Source: an uncultured Phycisphaerales bacterium (GTDB lineage Bacteria; Planctomycetota; Phycisphaerae; Sedimentisphaerales; Anaerobacaceae). Taken from it: a stretch of 64,000 bases of DNA. The DNA is taken from NCBI GenBank assembly GCA_963772725.1, contig CAVYYI010000001.1, forward strand, positions 928,001 through 992,000. Reading direction: 5' to 3'. Position 1 is the stretch's first letter. Every line of letters starts with the position of its first letter. The notes beneath the pieces are model-generated. The model saw only the letters and a program-made list of their open reading frames with translations. It was not told the DNA's origin and made no database searches. Below, piece by piece: positions 41,867 through 52,781 of the stretch. A program made the translations under genes and the position numbers.

Positions 41867-43887
41867 AATTTTGGTTTTCTTTTCTTCGCTCTGGTTTTGT
41901 TTTTGAGTTCGACGTTTAGCCGGGGCAGGTCTTTTAGCTCGCGCAGTTTATCTCTTAAAAAAGCGGCACGCTCGAAATCGAGTGCCTCTGCGGCGGCGAA
42001 CATATCTTTTTCAATTTCGGCGACAGCCTCAACCTTGTCGTATTCGCTGTCGTCGAACTGGACGGCCTTACGCGCAATCTGTCTTGCCTTTATCTGCTCA
42101 GAGAGCCCTTTGCGAATCTCCTTTCTTATAGTTTCGGGGGTAATATTATGTTCTTCATTATATTGGATTTGAATTTTACGCCGTCTGTCAGTTTCGTCAA
42201 TAGCTTTTTTCATAGAATCGGTAATTTTATCCGCGTAAAGGAATACGGTAGCGTTGATATTTCTGGCGGTTCTGCCAATGGTCTGGATGAGCGATGTTTC
42301 GCTTCGCAGGAAGCCTTCCTTGTCGGCGTCGAGGATTGCGACGGCGGAAACCTCCGGCAAATCGAGCCCTTCGCGGAGCAGATTTATACCGACGAGGACA
42401 TCGAATTCACCGTTGCGCAGGTCACGAAGGATTTCGATTCGTTCGAGTGTTTCGATTTCGCTGTGGAGGTAACGGCATTTGAAGCCTTTTTGGGCGATAT
42501 ACGCGGAAAGGTTTTCGGCAAGCCTCTTGGTCAGGGTTGTAACGAGGACGCGTTCCTTTGCCTTGACGCGTCTTTCGATTTCGCCGAGGAGATGCTGCAC
42601 CTGGTCATGGGCGGGCTGAACGATGATTGTCGGGTCAATAAGGCCGGTGGGCCTGATGATTTGCTCGACGACCTCGTTATTGCATTTTTCGAGTTCGAAC
42701 GGGGCCGGCGTGGCGGAAACGAAAATGACGTTCTTCCAGTTCTCCTGAAATTCCTCGAAACGCAGAGGCCTGTTATCTAGGGCGCTTGGCAGTCTGAAAC
42801 CGTGTTCGACAAGAACCTGCTTTCTGCTCCTGTCGCCGGCCCACATTGCGCGTATCTGAGGGATGGTAACGTGGGACTCGTCGATGAACAGAAGGAAATC
42901 GTCGGGGAAATAGTCAATCAGGGTGTAGGGTCTTGAGCCGGGTTTTAAACCCGCGAGGTGGCGGGCGTAATTTTCGATGCCGCTGCAATAGCCAACCTCC
43001 TGGAGCATTTCGATGTCATACATAGTTCTGGCCTGGAGGCGCTGGGCCTCGAGGAGTTTGCCTTCCTGGCGAAATTCCTGCAATCGCTGGGCAAGTTCCG
43101 CTTTTATACTGTCAACGGCGGAGGAGATTCTGTCGGCGGGCATAATATAGTGCTGTGCCGGATAAATGAAAACCTGCGATTCTACCGCGAGGGTCTCGCC
43201 GGAAGTCGGATTGATGTAGCTGATTTTCTCGATTTCATCGCCAAAAAACTCAAAACGTACTGCGAAAGATTCGTAAGAGGGATAAAGTTCAACAACATCT
43301 CCGCGAACCCGGAATTTGCCGCGGGCGAAATCGTAATCGTTCCTTGTATATTGCAGGTCGGCGAATCTGCCGAGCAATTCATTCCTGTCAAGCCAGTCGC
43401 CATTTTTGACGGCGATGACGCTTGCCTTGTAGTCCTCCGGTGAGCCGAGACCGAATATGCAGGAGACCGAGGCGACGATTATTACATCTTTCCTTGTCGA
43501 TAGGCTGGTTGTCGTGGAAAGCCGGAGGCGATCGAGGTCGGCGTTTTTGGAGGCGTCTTTTTCGATGTATATGTCTCTGGCGGGGATGTAGGCTTCGGGT
43601 TGGTAATAATCGTAATAACTCACGAAATATTCGACGGCGTTTTGGGGGAACAACTCCTTGAACTCCTCATAAAGCTGAGCGGCAAGAGTTTTGTTGTGCG
43701 ATATTACCAGGGTCGGACGATTTATTTGCGCGATTACGTTAGCCATTGTAAAAGTTTTTCCGCTGCCGGTAACACCCATCAACGTCTGAAACTGTTTACA
43801 GGCGTGTAGCCCTTCGGTAAGCCGCTCTATGGCTTGCGGCTGGTCGCCCGCGGGCTGAAACTCGCTTTTTATATTAAATTCTGTCAT
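41863..43887 (-). CDS. uvrB: Excinuclease ABC subunit B
   Basis: [31 protein letters not shown]-terminal UVR. Confidence 0.97.
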   Translation of the reverse strand: MTEFNIKSEFQPAGDQPQAIERLTEGLHACKQFQTLMGVTGSGKTFTMANVIAQINRPTLVISHNKTLAAQLYEEFKELFPQNAVEYFVSYYDYYQPEAYIPARDIYIEKDASKNADLDRLRLSTTTSLSTRKDVIIVASVSCIFGLGSPEDYKASVIAVKNGDWLDRNELLGRFADLQYTRNDYDFARGKFRVRGDVVELYPSYESFAVRFEFFGDEIEKISYINPTSGETLAVESQVFIYPAQHYIMPADRISSAVDSIKAELAQRLQEFRQEGKLLEAQRLQARTMYDIEMLQEVGYCSGIENYARHLAGLKPGSRPYTLIDYFPDDFLLFIDESHVTIPQIRAMWAGDRSRKQVLVEHGFRLPSALDNRPLRFEEFQENWKNVIFVSATPAPFELEKCNNEVVEQIIRPTGLIDPTIIVQPAHDQVQHLLGEIERRVKAKERVLVTTLTKRLAENLSAYIAQKGFKCRYLHSEIETLERIEILRDLRNGEFDVLVGINLLREGLDLPEVSAVAILDADKEGFLRSETSLIQTIGRTARNINATVFLYADKITDSMKKAIDETDRRRKIQIQYNEEHNITPETIRKEIRKGLSEQIKARQIARKAVQFDDSEYDKVEAVAEIEKDMFAAAEALDFERAAFLRDKLRELKDLPRLNVELKNKTRAKKRKPKL

Positions 43888-44033
43888 AGTTTTATTCTAT
43901 GGTTAAAACACCCCAGAAGCAATAGGGGAAAGATTTTGTGTAACAATTATACTTGTTAACCATAAAATCTGTGGCTAAAATTCGTCGCTCGTCGTTCGAC
44001 AAGGTTTAGCGTATTGCGTATAGCGTACAGGGT

Positions 44034-44769
44034 TTATTTAACACTGTCGGCGGTCAAATCTTTTATTCTGATGTTGCGCCATTTGACGAACATCGGCTCT
44101 TTGACGCTGGTGCCGTGGCACCTGTAAAGCTATAAAACCCATATGCGTCATCGAATCTTTCATATCGGCGGCGGGAGTACCATTTAGCCAGGTCTTTATC
44201 GAATCCCCGTTTGCCTCGATGCGGAAATGGTTCCATTTGTCGGGCATAAACGCTTTTCTGGCGGCCTCGTTATGCGAAAGGTCGTTAAGCCAGCCTCGAC
44301 GTGCCTCATCGTAAATGCCGCCTGTCCAGCTTCGAGGCTGGTCAGCGGACGCAGGCTCGCCATTGGCAAGGAAATTTTTAACTCCTTTGGCAGCAGGTGT
44401 TTGCTTAGCGTCTATTTCAACCTGGTAGCCGTGAACCTGACCATTCTTATACTCCTTTAAACTGCTGCTGCGGATTTGAACTCCGGAATTTAGATTAGCA
44501 TCAACCTTAAAATCCAGCTCGAGAATAAAATCCCTGTATTCTTTTTTTGTGCATAAAAAGCTGTTTGGCGTATTGGGGACGCTTTGGCCGACAATTTCAT
44601 CACCTTTTACAAAGTATTTCGCCTGGCCTCCCCTTTGAATCCAGCCATCAAGATTTTTACCATTAAAAAGCGGCTGCCAGCCTGTATCGGCGGCTTTTTT
44701 CATATCTGCGGCACAACCCAAAATAACAAAATTAACACACACAACAGCGGTAAAGATAATCTTTTTCAT
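44034..44769 (-). CDS. DUF1080 (3-keto-disaccharide hydrolase-like) lipoprotein; +1 frameshift near 44118
   Basis: [31 protein letters not shown]; removing one C restores [16 protein letters not shown]. Confidence 0.85.
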
Positions 44770-44784
44770 TTTTTTATCCTTTCC

Positions 44785-45153
44785 TTACAGTAAGAACCAC
44801 GGGTTAAAACCCGTGGTTCTTTACTTTTCAACTCAAATTTAAGAACATCTTCCCACATTTTATACTTTTCGCTGTAAATTCCACATAACTTTTTGTCAGG
44901 ACTTACAGTTTTTATTGGTTTTAGGCCAAGAAAAGCACTGGTTGGGCTATAAATATCCTCACCGATGCCGGCACCTCTGCGGCACCCTGTGAGCCGTCCG
45001 TATCATACAATTCCACGTTTGCCGCGGTTGTGGCGGAAAAGGCGTTTGAGAACAGCGGGCTTAAAAACATATTACTGCTTTTCCAGTCGCTATTTCCAGC
45101 AAAGTTGCTTTAATTGACGAACTTCCAACGTCATAACCCATTAAAAACGCCAT
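44785..45153 (-). pseudogene. xylB: Xylulokinase/FGGY kinase remnant with large internal deletion
   Basis: N-terminus MAFLMGYDVGSSSIKATLLE fused near 45074 to C-terminal NMFLSPLF...VELYDTDGSQGAA(R)GAGIG; not in the ORF track. Confidence 0.75.
44792..44821. repeat. Perfect hairpin (REP-like or terminator)
   Basis: AAGAACCACGGGTT-aa-AACCCGTGGTTCTT. Confidence 0.7.
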
Positions 45154-45375
45154 TTATTCATCCCTTCCTTAGCATCCCGCTTACGCATACAAAGGCATTT
45201 TATTGGTTATAAATAAGCCGCATAAATTTTACAAGTTTATTCTTGACGCGTAAATCGAAATCAGTTTTATTTATACCAATGGAAAATCGTTAATCGGCGG
45301 GCTGTCCGCCTGCGATTGTAATTAAGGGAATGGTCGAATAATTTTCGGCCTAATTTTCTTGGAAAGGATTCAACA

Positions 45376-46140
45376 ATGTCAACAGCAAAAATTTCATTAC
45401 TTATTCTTATTTGTGGTTCTGTTTTGCTACTGAACGGCTGCAATGACCTCAAGGTTCAGAACGATTTGCAGGCAAAGAAAATCAGTGAGCTTAACAGCGA
45501 ACTTCAAACAAACAAAATCCAGCTTGACGCGTTAAAAAGACAGCTTGAAGACGCACGGGCTCACGGTGGTATCGAGGCAGAAACGCTTCAGCAGAAAATT
45601 GCCGCTCTGGAAAAAGATTTAGCCGACAAGAAAGCTCTGATAGATTTGATGCAGCAGCGTTTAATCAGCGGCGGCGTTGCCCTGCCTGTTGAGCTGAATA
45701 CGATGCTCGAAGATTTTGCCAAGGGCAGCGATATGATTTCGTATGACCCAAACCGCGGAGTAGTTAAATTCAAAAGCGACCTGCTTTTTGAAAAAGGCAG
45801 TGATACCGTAGCTCCTTCCGCGATGGACTCGATTAAAGCATTATGCAATATAATGAATTCAGAAGAGGGCAAAAAATTTGATATCATAATCGCCGGCCAC
45901 ACTGACGATTTGCGCATCAGCCGGCCAGACACCAGAGAAAAACATCCGACAAACTGGCATCTTTCGGCGCACAGGGCCATATCAGTACTGACTGTAATGA
46001 CCACTGACGGCATTGACTCGGAGCGTATAAGCGTAAGAGGTTTTGGTGAATATCGTCCGCTCGAACCAAACAAAGCCAACAAACAGGGCAATCCTCAAAA
46101 CAGACGCGTGGAAATCTACATTGTGCCTAAGGGTGTATAA
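45376..46140 (+). CDS. OmpA/MotB-family lipoprotein with coiled coil
   Basis: Lipobox LLNGC, GHTD, NWHLSAHRA, GFGEYRP, NRRVEI. Confidence 0.88.
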   Translation: MSTAKISLLILICGSVLLLNGCNDLKVQNDLQAKKISELNSELQTNKIQLDALKRQLEDARAHGGIEAETLQQKIAALEKDLADKKALIDLMQQRLISGGVALPVELNTMLEDFAKGSDMISYDPNRGVVKFKSDLLFEKGSDTVAPSAMDSIKALCNIMNSEEGKKFDIIIAGHTDDLRISRPDTREKHPTNWHLSAHRAISVLTVMTTDGIDSERISVRGFGEYRPLEPNKANKQGNPQNRRVEIYIVPKGV

Positions 46141-46172
46141 TTTATTCGGCTTCGGAAAGAGCAAACACGCAG

Positions 46173-46634
46173 ATGAAAGAACGTACTTTAATAATCATTA
46201 AACCGGATGCTGTTCAGCGACATCTGGCAGGTGAGATTATTTCTCGGTTTGAAGGAAAAGGTCTAAAACTCGCAGCGGCCAAATTTATGCAGATTCCGGA
46301 ATCGCTGGCGAGAAAACATTATGCCGTTCATCAGGGTAAACCCTTTTTCGAGGGCGTTGTAAAATATCTGTCATCAGCGCCTGTGCTTGTAATGGTATGG
46401 GAAGCGGACGGTGTGATAGATATGTCGCGAAAAATGATGGGTGCGACTTTCGGCTGCAACGCTGAACCAGGAACAATTCGCGGCGACTTCGGCTGTTCGA
46501 GAGGATATAATCTTATACACGGCTCAGACAGTCAGGCCTCCGCAGAACAGGAAATTAAGTTATACTTCAAACCAGATGAAATTCTTGATTATTCGTTGTC
46601 CGACGAGAAGTGGCTTTACGGCCAAAATGAGTAA
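46173..46634 (+). CDS. ndk: Nucleoside diphosphate kinase
   Basis: IIKPDAVQR, PGTIRGDF, NLIHGSDS. Confidence 0.97.
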   Translation: MKERTLIIIKPDAVQRHLAGEIISRFEGKGLKLAAAKFMQIPESLARKHYAVHQGKPFFEGVVKYLSSAPVLVMVWEADGVIDMSRKMMGATFGCNAEPGTIRGDFGCSRGYNLIHGSDSQASAEQEIKLYFKPDEILDYSLSDEKWLYGQNE

Positions 46635-46670
46635 TATCCAATAATAATCGCGGCTTGATTACAAGATTTG

Positions 46671-48224
46671 CTAAGAGACAACTGCGATGTCTGTTGCCTT
46701 TACGGTTTTTAACGGCAAAACAATTTTGAAGACCGTTCCTTTATTGATTTCGCTTTGGACTTCGATTCTTCCGCCCAACATTGTTACGATTTCTTTAACA
46801 ACGGCAAGTCCAAGGCCGGTACCCTGTATTTGTTTGCCGGTTCGACGCACGCGATAAAATTTATCGAATATCTTCGGTAAATCCTCTTTGGGTATGCCCA
46901 TTCCGGTATCGGCAACACGTAAAATCAAATCTTCATCCGTATGTTTAACCTCAATTCGCACGTTACCGCCATCCGGTGTAAATTTAATAGCATTATTAGC
47001 TATGTTTGTAACAATAGACTGTATCGCACTCTCATCAGTTAGAACAGCGGGAATACCTGTCTCAATATCAGAGATAAGACTGATATTCTTTTTATCAGCC
47101 AGGGGTTTCAGTGCCAATGCAATCGCAGCTGCAACATCAGGTACATTAACAGGTTTCGATTCCAGCTTAACCGTGCCTGACTCAATACGTGATATTTCGA
47201 GGATGCTCTCAACAAGACCTGCTAAACGATTCGATTCCTCATCTACGGTCATTAAAAACTGATGTTTGGTTTCTTCCGGCATTTCGGGGGTACACAGAAT
47301 TGTTTCGGTATATGCCTTTATGGAAGTCAGTGGTGTCCGCAGTTCGTGAGACATCATTGAAATGAAATCCGCTTTCATCTGCTCAACTTCACGCTCTTTC
47401 GAAATGTCACGGAACACCATTACGACACCTATTACTCCCCCTTCACCGCGGCGAATCGGTGTTGCCATAGCGTAAACCGGCAAGTTCCTGCCGTTCCTGC
47501 CAGCGAGTGTTTTATGACTGCTTAAAGTTTCAGCCTGCCCTGATTTTAATACTTTTTCAATCGGGCTTTGTACCATTTCCATTGTTTTCTCGTCTAACAG
47601 TCTGAAAATTCCATCAACTATCATACCAGGTATTTCCTGAAATCTCCATCCTGTCAATTCCTCAGCGACCTTATTAAAAAGCGTAATCCGCTTTTGATTG
47701 TCCACCGCGATAACACCGTCTCCCATACTCGAAAGAGTTACTGCCAACAATTCTTTTTCCTCGGCAAGCTGCTCGGTACGCTCTTTTACCAATATTTCAA
47801 GGTTGCTGTGGTATCTCCTGAGCTCATCTTCCATTCTTTTACGGCTGAGAGACTTTTTTATGGTTTCCGGCAGAATCTTGAGATAATTGCGGTCCGGGTC
47901 TTTTATCAGATAATCCTTGGCCCCGGCCTTCATAGCCTCAACCGCTAATTCCTCCGTACCTGCGCCAGTAGCAAAGATAATCGGGGTATTCCTGACCGAA
48001 TCCAAAACGTCAAAGGCAGTTCCATCGCCGAGGAAATAATCGATAATAACAACATCGAACATCTCATTATTCAGCACAGCCTTTGCTTTGGCGACAGAGG
48101 CTGCCATTGTACACTCGTATGCGAGATTCTGTTCTCTGACCATACGCGTAAAAGCCATCTGGTCAAGCGTATCATCTTCAATCAGCAGAATCCTGACTAT
48201 CGGGTTGTCCGGTTTATTGTCCAT
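46671..48224 (-). CDS. REC-PAS histidine kinase
   Basis: REC (LLIEDD, D, K), PAS, SHELRTPL, NNAIKFT, DTGMG, GTGLGL. Confidence 0.92.
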   Translation of the reverse strand: MDNKPDNPIVRILLIEDDTLDQMAFTRMVREQNLAYECTMAASVAKAKAVLNNEMFDVVIIDYFLGDGTAFDVLDSVRNTPIIFATGAGTEELAVEAMKAGAKDYLIKDPDRNYLKILPETIKKSLSRKRMEDELRRYHSNLEILVKERTEQLAEEKELLAVTLSSMGDGVIAVDNQKRITLFNKVAEELTGWRFQEIPGMIVDGIFRLLDEKTMEMVQSPIEKVLKSGQAETLSSHKTLAGRNGRNLPVYAMATPIRRGEGGVIGVVMVFRDISKEREVEQMKADFISMMSHELRTPLTSIKAYTETILCTPEMPEETKHQFLMTVDEESNRLAGLVESILEISRIESGTVKLESKPVNVPDVAAAIALALKPLADKKNISLISDIETGIPAVLTDESAIQSIVTNIANNAIKFTPDGGNVRIEVKHTDEDLILRVADTGMGIPKEDLPKIFDKFYRVRRTGKQIQGTGLGLAVVKEIVTMLGGRIEVQSEINKGTVFKIVLPLKTVKATDIAVVS

Positions 48225-48639
48225 TAGGTGGTATTTCACTCAATGTCCAGTATAAATTAATGACTCTCATCGACTCGAGAAAACTCTTATATTCAACAGG
48301 TTTAACCATATAACCAGCGATTCCAAGCTCAAAGCTTTTTACAATATCCTCATCTCCTTTTGAGGTTGTCAGAACCACAACTGGGATTTTCTTTAATGAT
48401 TCATCTTCTTTGAGAATTTTCAACAATTCGACACCGTTCATTCTCGGCATATTTAAATCGAGCAGGATAACACAGGGTCTTTTGTTGTTCTCGTTTTTCA
48501 GGTACTCGAGCGCCTCCTCGCCGTTGCCGGAAACAACAAGCTGATTGACAATCTTGAGGTCTTTCAGTACCCGCTGTGTGGTCATAACATCCACACTGTC
48601 ATCTTCAACAAGCAATATAGGTTTTGAGTTTCTCATCAT
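48214..48639 (-). CDS. Single-domain response regulator (Rcp1-like)
   Basis: LLVEDD, LLDLNMP, LTTS, KP, YWT. Confidence 0.92.
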   Translation of the reverse strand: MMRNSKPILLVEDDSVDVMTTQRVLKDLKIVNQLVVSGNGEEALEYLKNENNKRPCVILLDLNMPRMNGVELLKILKEDESLKKIPVVVLTTSKGDEDIVKSFELGIAGYMVKPVEYKSFLESMRVINLYWTLSEIPPNGQ

Positions 48640-50482
48640 TTAAGTCCTCGCTTTTCTGCACCGGCAGCGTAAAAAAGAACGTCGTACCAATGCCAATTTC
48701 GGATTCAAGCCAAATCCTGCCTCCATATAGCTCAACTATTTTCTTTGCAACAGTAAGACCTACGCCTGTACTTTCAAATTCATCCCTCGGCGCCAGTGTC
48801 TGGAATATCTGAAAAATCTTTTCAAAATGTTTTTGTTCAATGCCGCATCCATTGTCTTTGACGCTGAACTTCCAGAAACCACTTTCTTCCACACAGCCTA
48901 TTTCTACCAGTCCCTGGGGTTTATTGATATATTTAATGGCGTTACTGATAAGGTTCTGGAAGACCTGTATAATACGCGTCTCCTCAAACTCCACAACCGG
49001 AAGCTCATTGCCAATCCTGACAGAAATATTCGCCGGCGGGCTGAGGGTGTCGATAACATCGGGGACAAGTTTATTAAGATTTATTTTAACAATCTTTTCC
49101 TTAATACGTCCTACACGCGAATACTGCAAAATTCCATCGATAAGATTATGCATCCTGTTGACCCTGCTAAGGAGCATATCAATCTGCTTTTTACCTTCCT
49201 CATCGAATTTGTCGCCGTAATCTTCGGATATCCATTTGGCCAGCGAACTAATTCCCCGAAGCGGCGCTTTCAAATCGTGAGATGTCACATAAGCAAATTC
49301 TTTTAAATCCTGGTTAGCTTTTTCTACCTGTTCGAGAAGTTCGGCCTGTTTTTGTTCGGCCTGTTTTCTTTTGAACACTTCAATTTTAAGTGAAATCAAA
49401 TCGGATATGGATGCAGCAAATTCCTGCTCCTGCGGGGTCCACTGCCTGGCCGGCCCGATGTGTTCGTGGCAAACAACGCCTACAATTTTACCATGAACTC
49501 TTATGAAAACGTCCATCATTGATGTAATACCGGCAGGCTTGAGGTATGTCTCAGTAAATTCGCCGGTATGTGAGTCGGTACAAGCGTCATCAGCAGCAAT
49601 TATACGACTTTCGCTGATGGAACGGAAATAAGCGGGGTAATCTTTGACCGCAAGAGTAAAACCTTTCTGGTGTTCATTTTGGCCGAGCATATAAAGGTCT
49701 TCGCAGATTATCGCCGAGTCGTCATCATTATAGAGCCAGATACTGACACGTTCGACGCCTAAAGCGGCGGCATCTTCCTCTATAATACTTTTGAAAGCAG
49801 CGGCCAAATCACTGCTTTCCATTTGGGCGATTTTCAAAAGGACATTTTGATAATGAATATGCTGCTGGGTCTGTTGCATCCGGACATTCTCTAATTTCCT
49901 TCGCTCTGTTATATCGCGAGCGATGCCGCTTGTGCCAACGACATTTCCATTATCATCGTAAATAGGAGTTTTTATGGTGTCTATCCATGTTCTTTGCCTG
50001 TCCTTCTTATCTTCCACCTGCTCTTCCATTTGCTTACTTGTACGGGCAGTCATAACATCTTCGTCGTCTTTTTGATATTTTTTGGCCAGGTCAGCGGGCC
50101 ATATATCAAAATCGGTTTTGCCTGCCAATTCGCAGGCCTTTAAACCGCAGGCATCCGTAAAAGGTTTGTTCGCAGTGATATACCTGTAATCAGCGTCTTT
50201 CAGCCATACCATATCGGGAATGGTATCAAGGATGGCCTTTTGCTGGTGCTGAATTTGTATAAGCAATGCCTTATTTTTAAGAATAAATGCCATGTAGAAA
50301 GCCGTAACAGCCGTTATTGATAAACCGCACAACAATATCATTGAATGCTGCCAGGCTTTGTCGGCATAAATAAATAATATCAAAGTAGCCGAGGTGCCTG
50401 TAAAAACAAAGGCTGCCACAGGAATCCATCTATATAGTAATGCCCTTGATATATTATTGTTGTTATATGTCTTGTCTTTCAT
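48605..50482 (-). CDS. Membrane PAS-GAF histidine kinase
   Basis: Two N-terminal TMs, PAS, GAF, FAYVTSHDLKAPL, NLISNAIKY, DNGCG, TGVGL. Confidence 0.92.
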   Translation of the reverse strand: MKDKTYNNNNISRALLYRWIPVAAFVFTGTSATLILFIYADKAWQHSMILLCGLSITAVTAFYMAFILKNKALLIQIQHQQKAILDTIPDMVWLKDADYRYITANKPFTDACGLKACELAGKTDFDIWPADLAKKYQKDDEDVMTARTSKQMEEQVEDKKDRQRTWIDTIKTPIYDDNGNVVGTSGIARDITERRKLENVRMQQTQQHIHYQNVLLKIAQMESSDLAAAFKSIIEEDAAALGVERVSIWLYNDDDSAIICEDLYMLGQNEHQKGFTLAVKDYPAYFRSISESRIIAADDACTDSHTGEFTETYLKPAGITSMMDVFIRVHGKIVGVVCHEHIGPARQWTPQEQEFAASISDLISLKIEVFKRKQAEQKQAELLEQVEKANQDLKEFAYVTSHDLKAPLRGISSLAKWISEDYGDKFDEEGKKQIDMLLSRVNRMHNLIDGILQYSRVGRIKEKIVKINLNKLVPDVIDTLSPPANISVRIGNELPVVEFEETRIIQVFQNLISNAIKYINKPQGLVEIGCVEESGFWKFSVKDNGCGIEQKHFEKIFQIFQTLAPRDEFESTGVGLTVAKKIVELYGGRIWLESEIGIGTTFFFTLPVQKSEDLNDEKLKTYIAC

Positions 50483-50521
50483 TTATCAAACACCTTAAGT
50501 ATCGCTAATTTCAAGTTACGT

Positions 50522-50923
50522 TTAACCCTCAACGCCGAGAACACATCTCTCAAGTTTGTTTCTGATTATGCAGCCAAGCCGTGCAGGGTCAAAGGGTTTT
50601 GTAATATAATCATCCGCACCGGCGTTAAATGCCCGCTCCACATCCTGGAGCATCCCCTTGGCCGTAAGCATAAAAACAGGGGTATACCGAGTTGTTTCAT
50701 CCTTTTTTAACAGGGATAACACATCGATGCCGTCCATATCTCCGAGCATCCAGTCCAGCAAAATTAAATCAGGATTTTTTTCACGAGCAGCGGCAAGACC
50801 TTCAGAGCCGTTAGCGGCCAAACACACCTCATAACCGTCAAGTTTCAAATTGTATTCCAGAACCATTCGGATATGCTCCTCGTCTTCGACTATCAAGACA
50901 ACAATTTTTCTTTCTGTTTCCAT
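50522..50923 (-). CDS. Single-domain response regulator
   Basis: VEDE, LLDWML, LTA, ADDYITKPF. Confidence 0.9.
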   Translation of the reverse strand: METERKIVVLIVEDEEHIRMVLEYNLKLDGYEVCLAANGSEGLAAAREKNPDLILLDWMLGDMDGIDVLSLLKKDETTRYTPVFMLTAKGMLQDVERAFNAGADDYITKPFDPARLGCIIRNKLERCVLGVEG

Positions 50924-50960
50924 TATCTGATCTCCTAAAAATGCCATCTATTAACTGACT

Positions 50961-52547
50961 TCAGATTTTTATCGGCGTTTCTTGAGTAATATTAGTCTGT
51001 TCAATAATTTCAATATCAATGTCCTCGGAATATTTTGGCAAAGTAAAGCAAAAGATGCCTTCCCTTCCTGGGCAGTTCTCAACCCAGATTCTGCCGCCTT
51101 GCGTCTGCACAAGCCATTTAGCTATATAAAGGCCTGTACCGCCCTGTTTGTCCGCATCAGGGGCATAATCCTCAATCTTAACAAAATGACTGAAGACCTT
51201 GCTGATTTCATCTTTGTCGAGACCGACATACGTATTGAGCGTGTCAATCTGTACTTCTTTGCCTATGTTTCTGATTCCGATGTCAATGGTAGTATAAGGC
51301 TGAGTGGCCTGAATAGCGTGGTTGATAAGGCTGATAAGAACCTGCACAATAAGACCGCGGTCGGCATACACATCCGTGTTTTCACCGGATTGCAGTGTCG
51401 TCGAAATCTTAACCTGTTTTTGCGACGCCATATCAGCAAGCAGGTACACAACTTCCGATATAACTTCTTCCAGGTTGACTTTAGCCTTTTGTATCTGGAT
51501 TTTACCGGTCTCTATTTTTGAAATATCAAAGAAATCATTGATAATTTTCGCCAGCCTGTCGATGTTTTCTTCGGCGATTTTTACGTTTTCCCAAAGTTTG
51601 CCGCTTATCGAAGATATTTCTCCATGTATGGAGTCACAAAATACATTTCTGAAAATACCGAGCTGTTCTCTAAGGTCATGAGCAATGCCGCCGATAAATC
51701 CGCTTCTTATCCTGTCCTGCTCAATCAGCTTTTCTCTTATTTTGTTTTTCCGGCCTTCTACCAGCTTCTCCTCGGTAATATCGCGGGCAAACACAACAAC
51801 ACCGGCACCCTCTTCTTCTTCAGGGTACGGCACTACATCCACGTGAAACCACCTCTTGCCTTTAACCGTATGCAATTCCTGCGACATGCCGAGTCTGGCC
51901 TTGCCTGAACATGTAACATCTTCATTCTCATTAAGCACATCCTCATGGTTCAGTCCGAAAAGCTCACAAACCGATTTGCCGATAATTTCTCTTATCGGCA
52001 TTCCCGCAACCTTCGCTGTGGTCATATTGGCGCGAACAATTCTGCCGTTCTTATCGCTGTACCATATCATCTCAGGAGAACAGTCCAGCATAAGCTGCTG
52101 CTGGTTCTTGGCCCTTTTAATCATTCTGTTGACATGTTTTTGCTCGGCTACCTGTGAATGCCGCTCTATCGTATTCTTAATAGCCTTTTCGCATATTTTA
52201 TAGTCTATATTATCTTTTGATATGCAGTCGTAGGCCCCCATTTTCATAAGTTCGACCGAGTTTTGCCCGCAATTGGTACCGGTCAAAACCAAAACGGGAA
52301 TATCGATATTCCGTTCGCTGAAATTTTTCAAAACCTCGCCTGCCATTATACCACTGCTAAGCTTATTATCCAGAATACATAAATCAATATCGCCAGCGGC
52401 GATTTTCTCAATCGCCCCGGTAATAGTTGACACATATTCAGTCTCAATTATATGCTCTTCAAAATTTCTGAAATATCGCTGTAATGTGATTACAATCTCA
52501 GCGTCGCTGTCAACTGCCAGCGCTTTCACGTATCTTTTTTCTGCCAT
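50961..52547 (-). CDS. REC-PAS histidine kinase-like protein with degenerate ATP-binding boxes
   Basis: REC, PAS, AHDLREQL H-box; N-box LINHAIQ and G1 LNTYVGL deviate from consensus. Confidence 0.8.
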   Translation of the reverse strand: MAEKRYVKALAVDSDAEIVITLQRYFRNFEEHIIETEYVSTITGAIEKIAAGDIDLCILDNKLSSGIMAGEVLKNFSERNIDIPVLVLTGTNCGQNSVELMKMGAYDCISKDNIDYKICEKAIKNTIERHSQVAEQKHVNRMIKRAKNQQQLMLDCSPEMIWYSDKNGRIVRANMTTAKVAGMPIREIIGKSVCELFGLNHEDVLNENEDVTCSGKARLGMSQELHTVKGKRWFHVDVVPYPEEEEGAGVVVFARDITEEKLVEGRKNKIREKLIEQDRIRSGFIGGIAHDLREQLGIFRNVFCDSIHGEISSISGKLWENVKIAEENIDRLAKIINDFFDISKIETGKIQIQKAKVNLEEVISEVVYLLADMASQKQVKISTTLQSGENTDVYADRGLIVQVLISLINHAIQATQPYTTIDIGIRNIGKEVQIDTLNTYVGLDKDEISKVFSHFVKIEDYAPDADKQGGTGLYIAKWLVQTQGGRIWVENCPGREGIFCFTLPKYSEDIDIEIIEQTNITQETPIKI

Positions 52548-52781
52548 TTACTGCCCCCTTATTAAAATTTTAGTGTTGCAAAACTATGGCTACCTTAAAA
52601 GTCTTTCGGCAGTATCAACGTAGCACATTACAATTTTGTCCTCATTTTCAACTACAAACTAAGCTATATTTATATCCCGTAATATTAAAAAAATGCGAAT
52701 GCTATTATCGGACATAAAGTTCAGCGACTCGCATACGAAGCCCGATAATTGCAGAATTAAAAAGAGGTCAGGTAGTTTATT

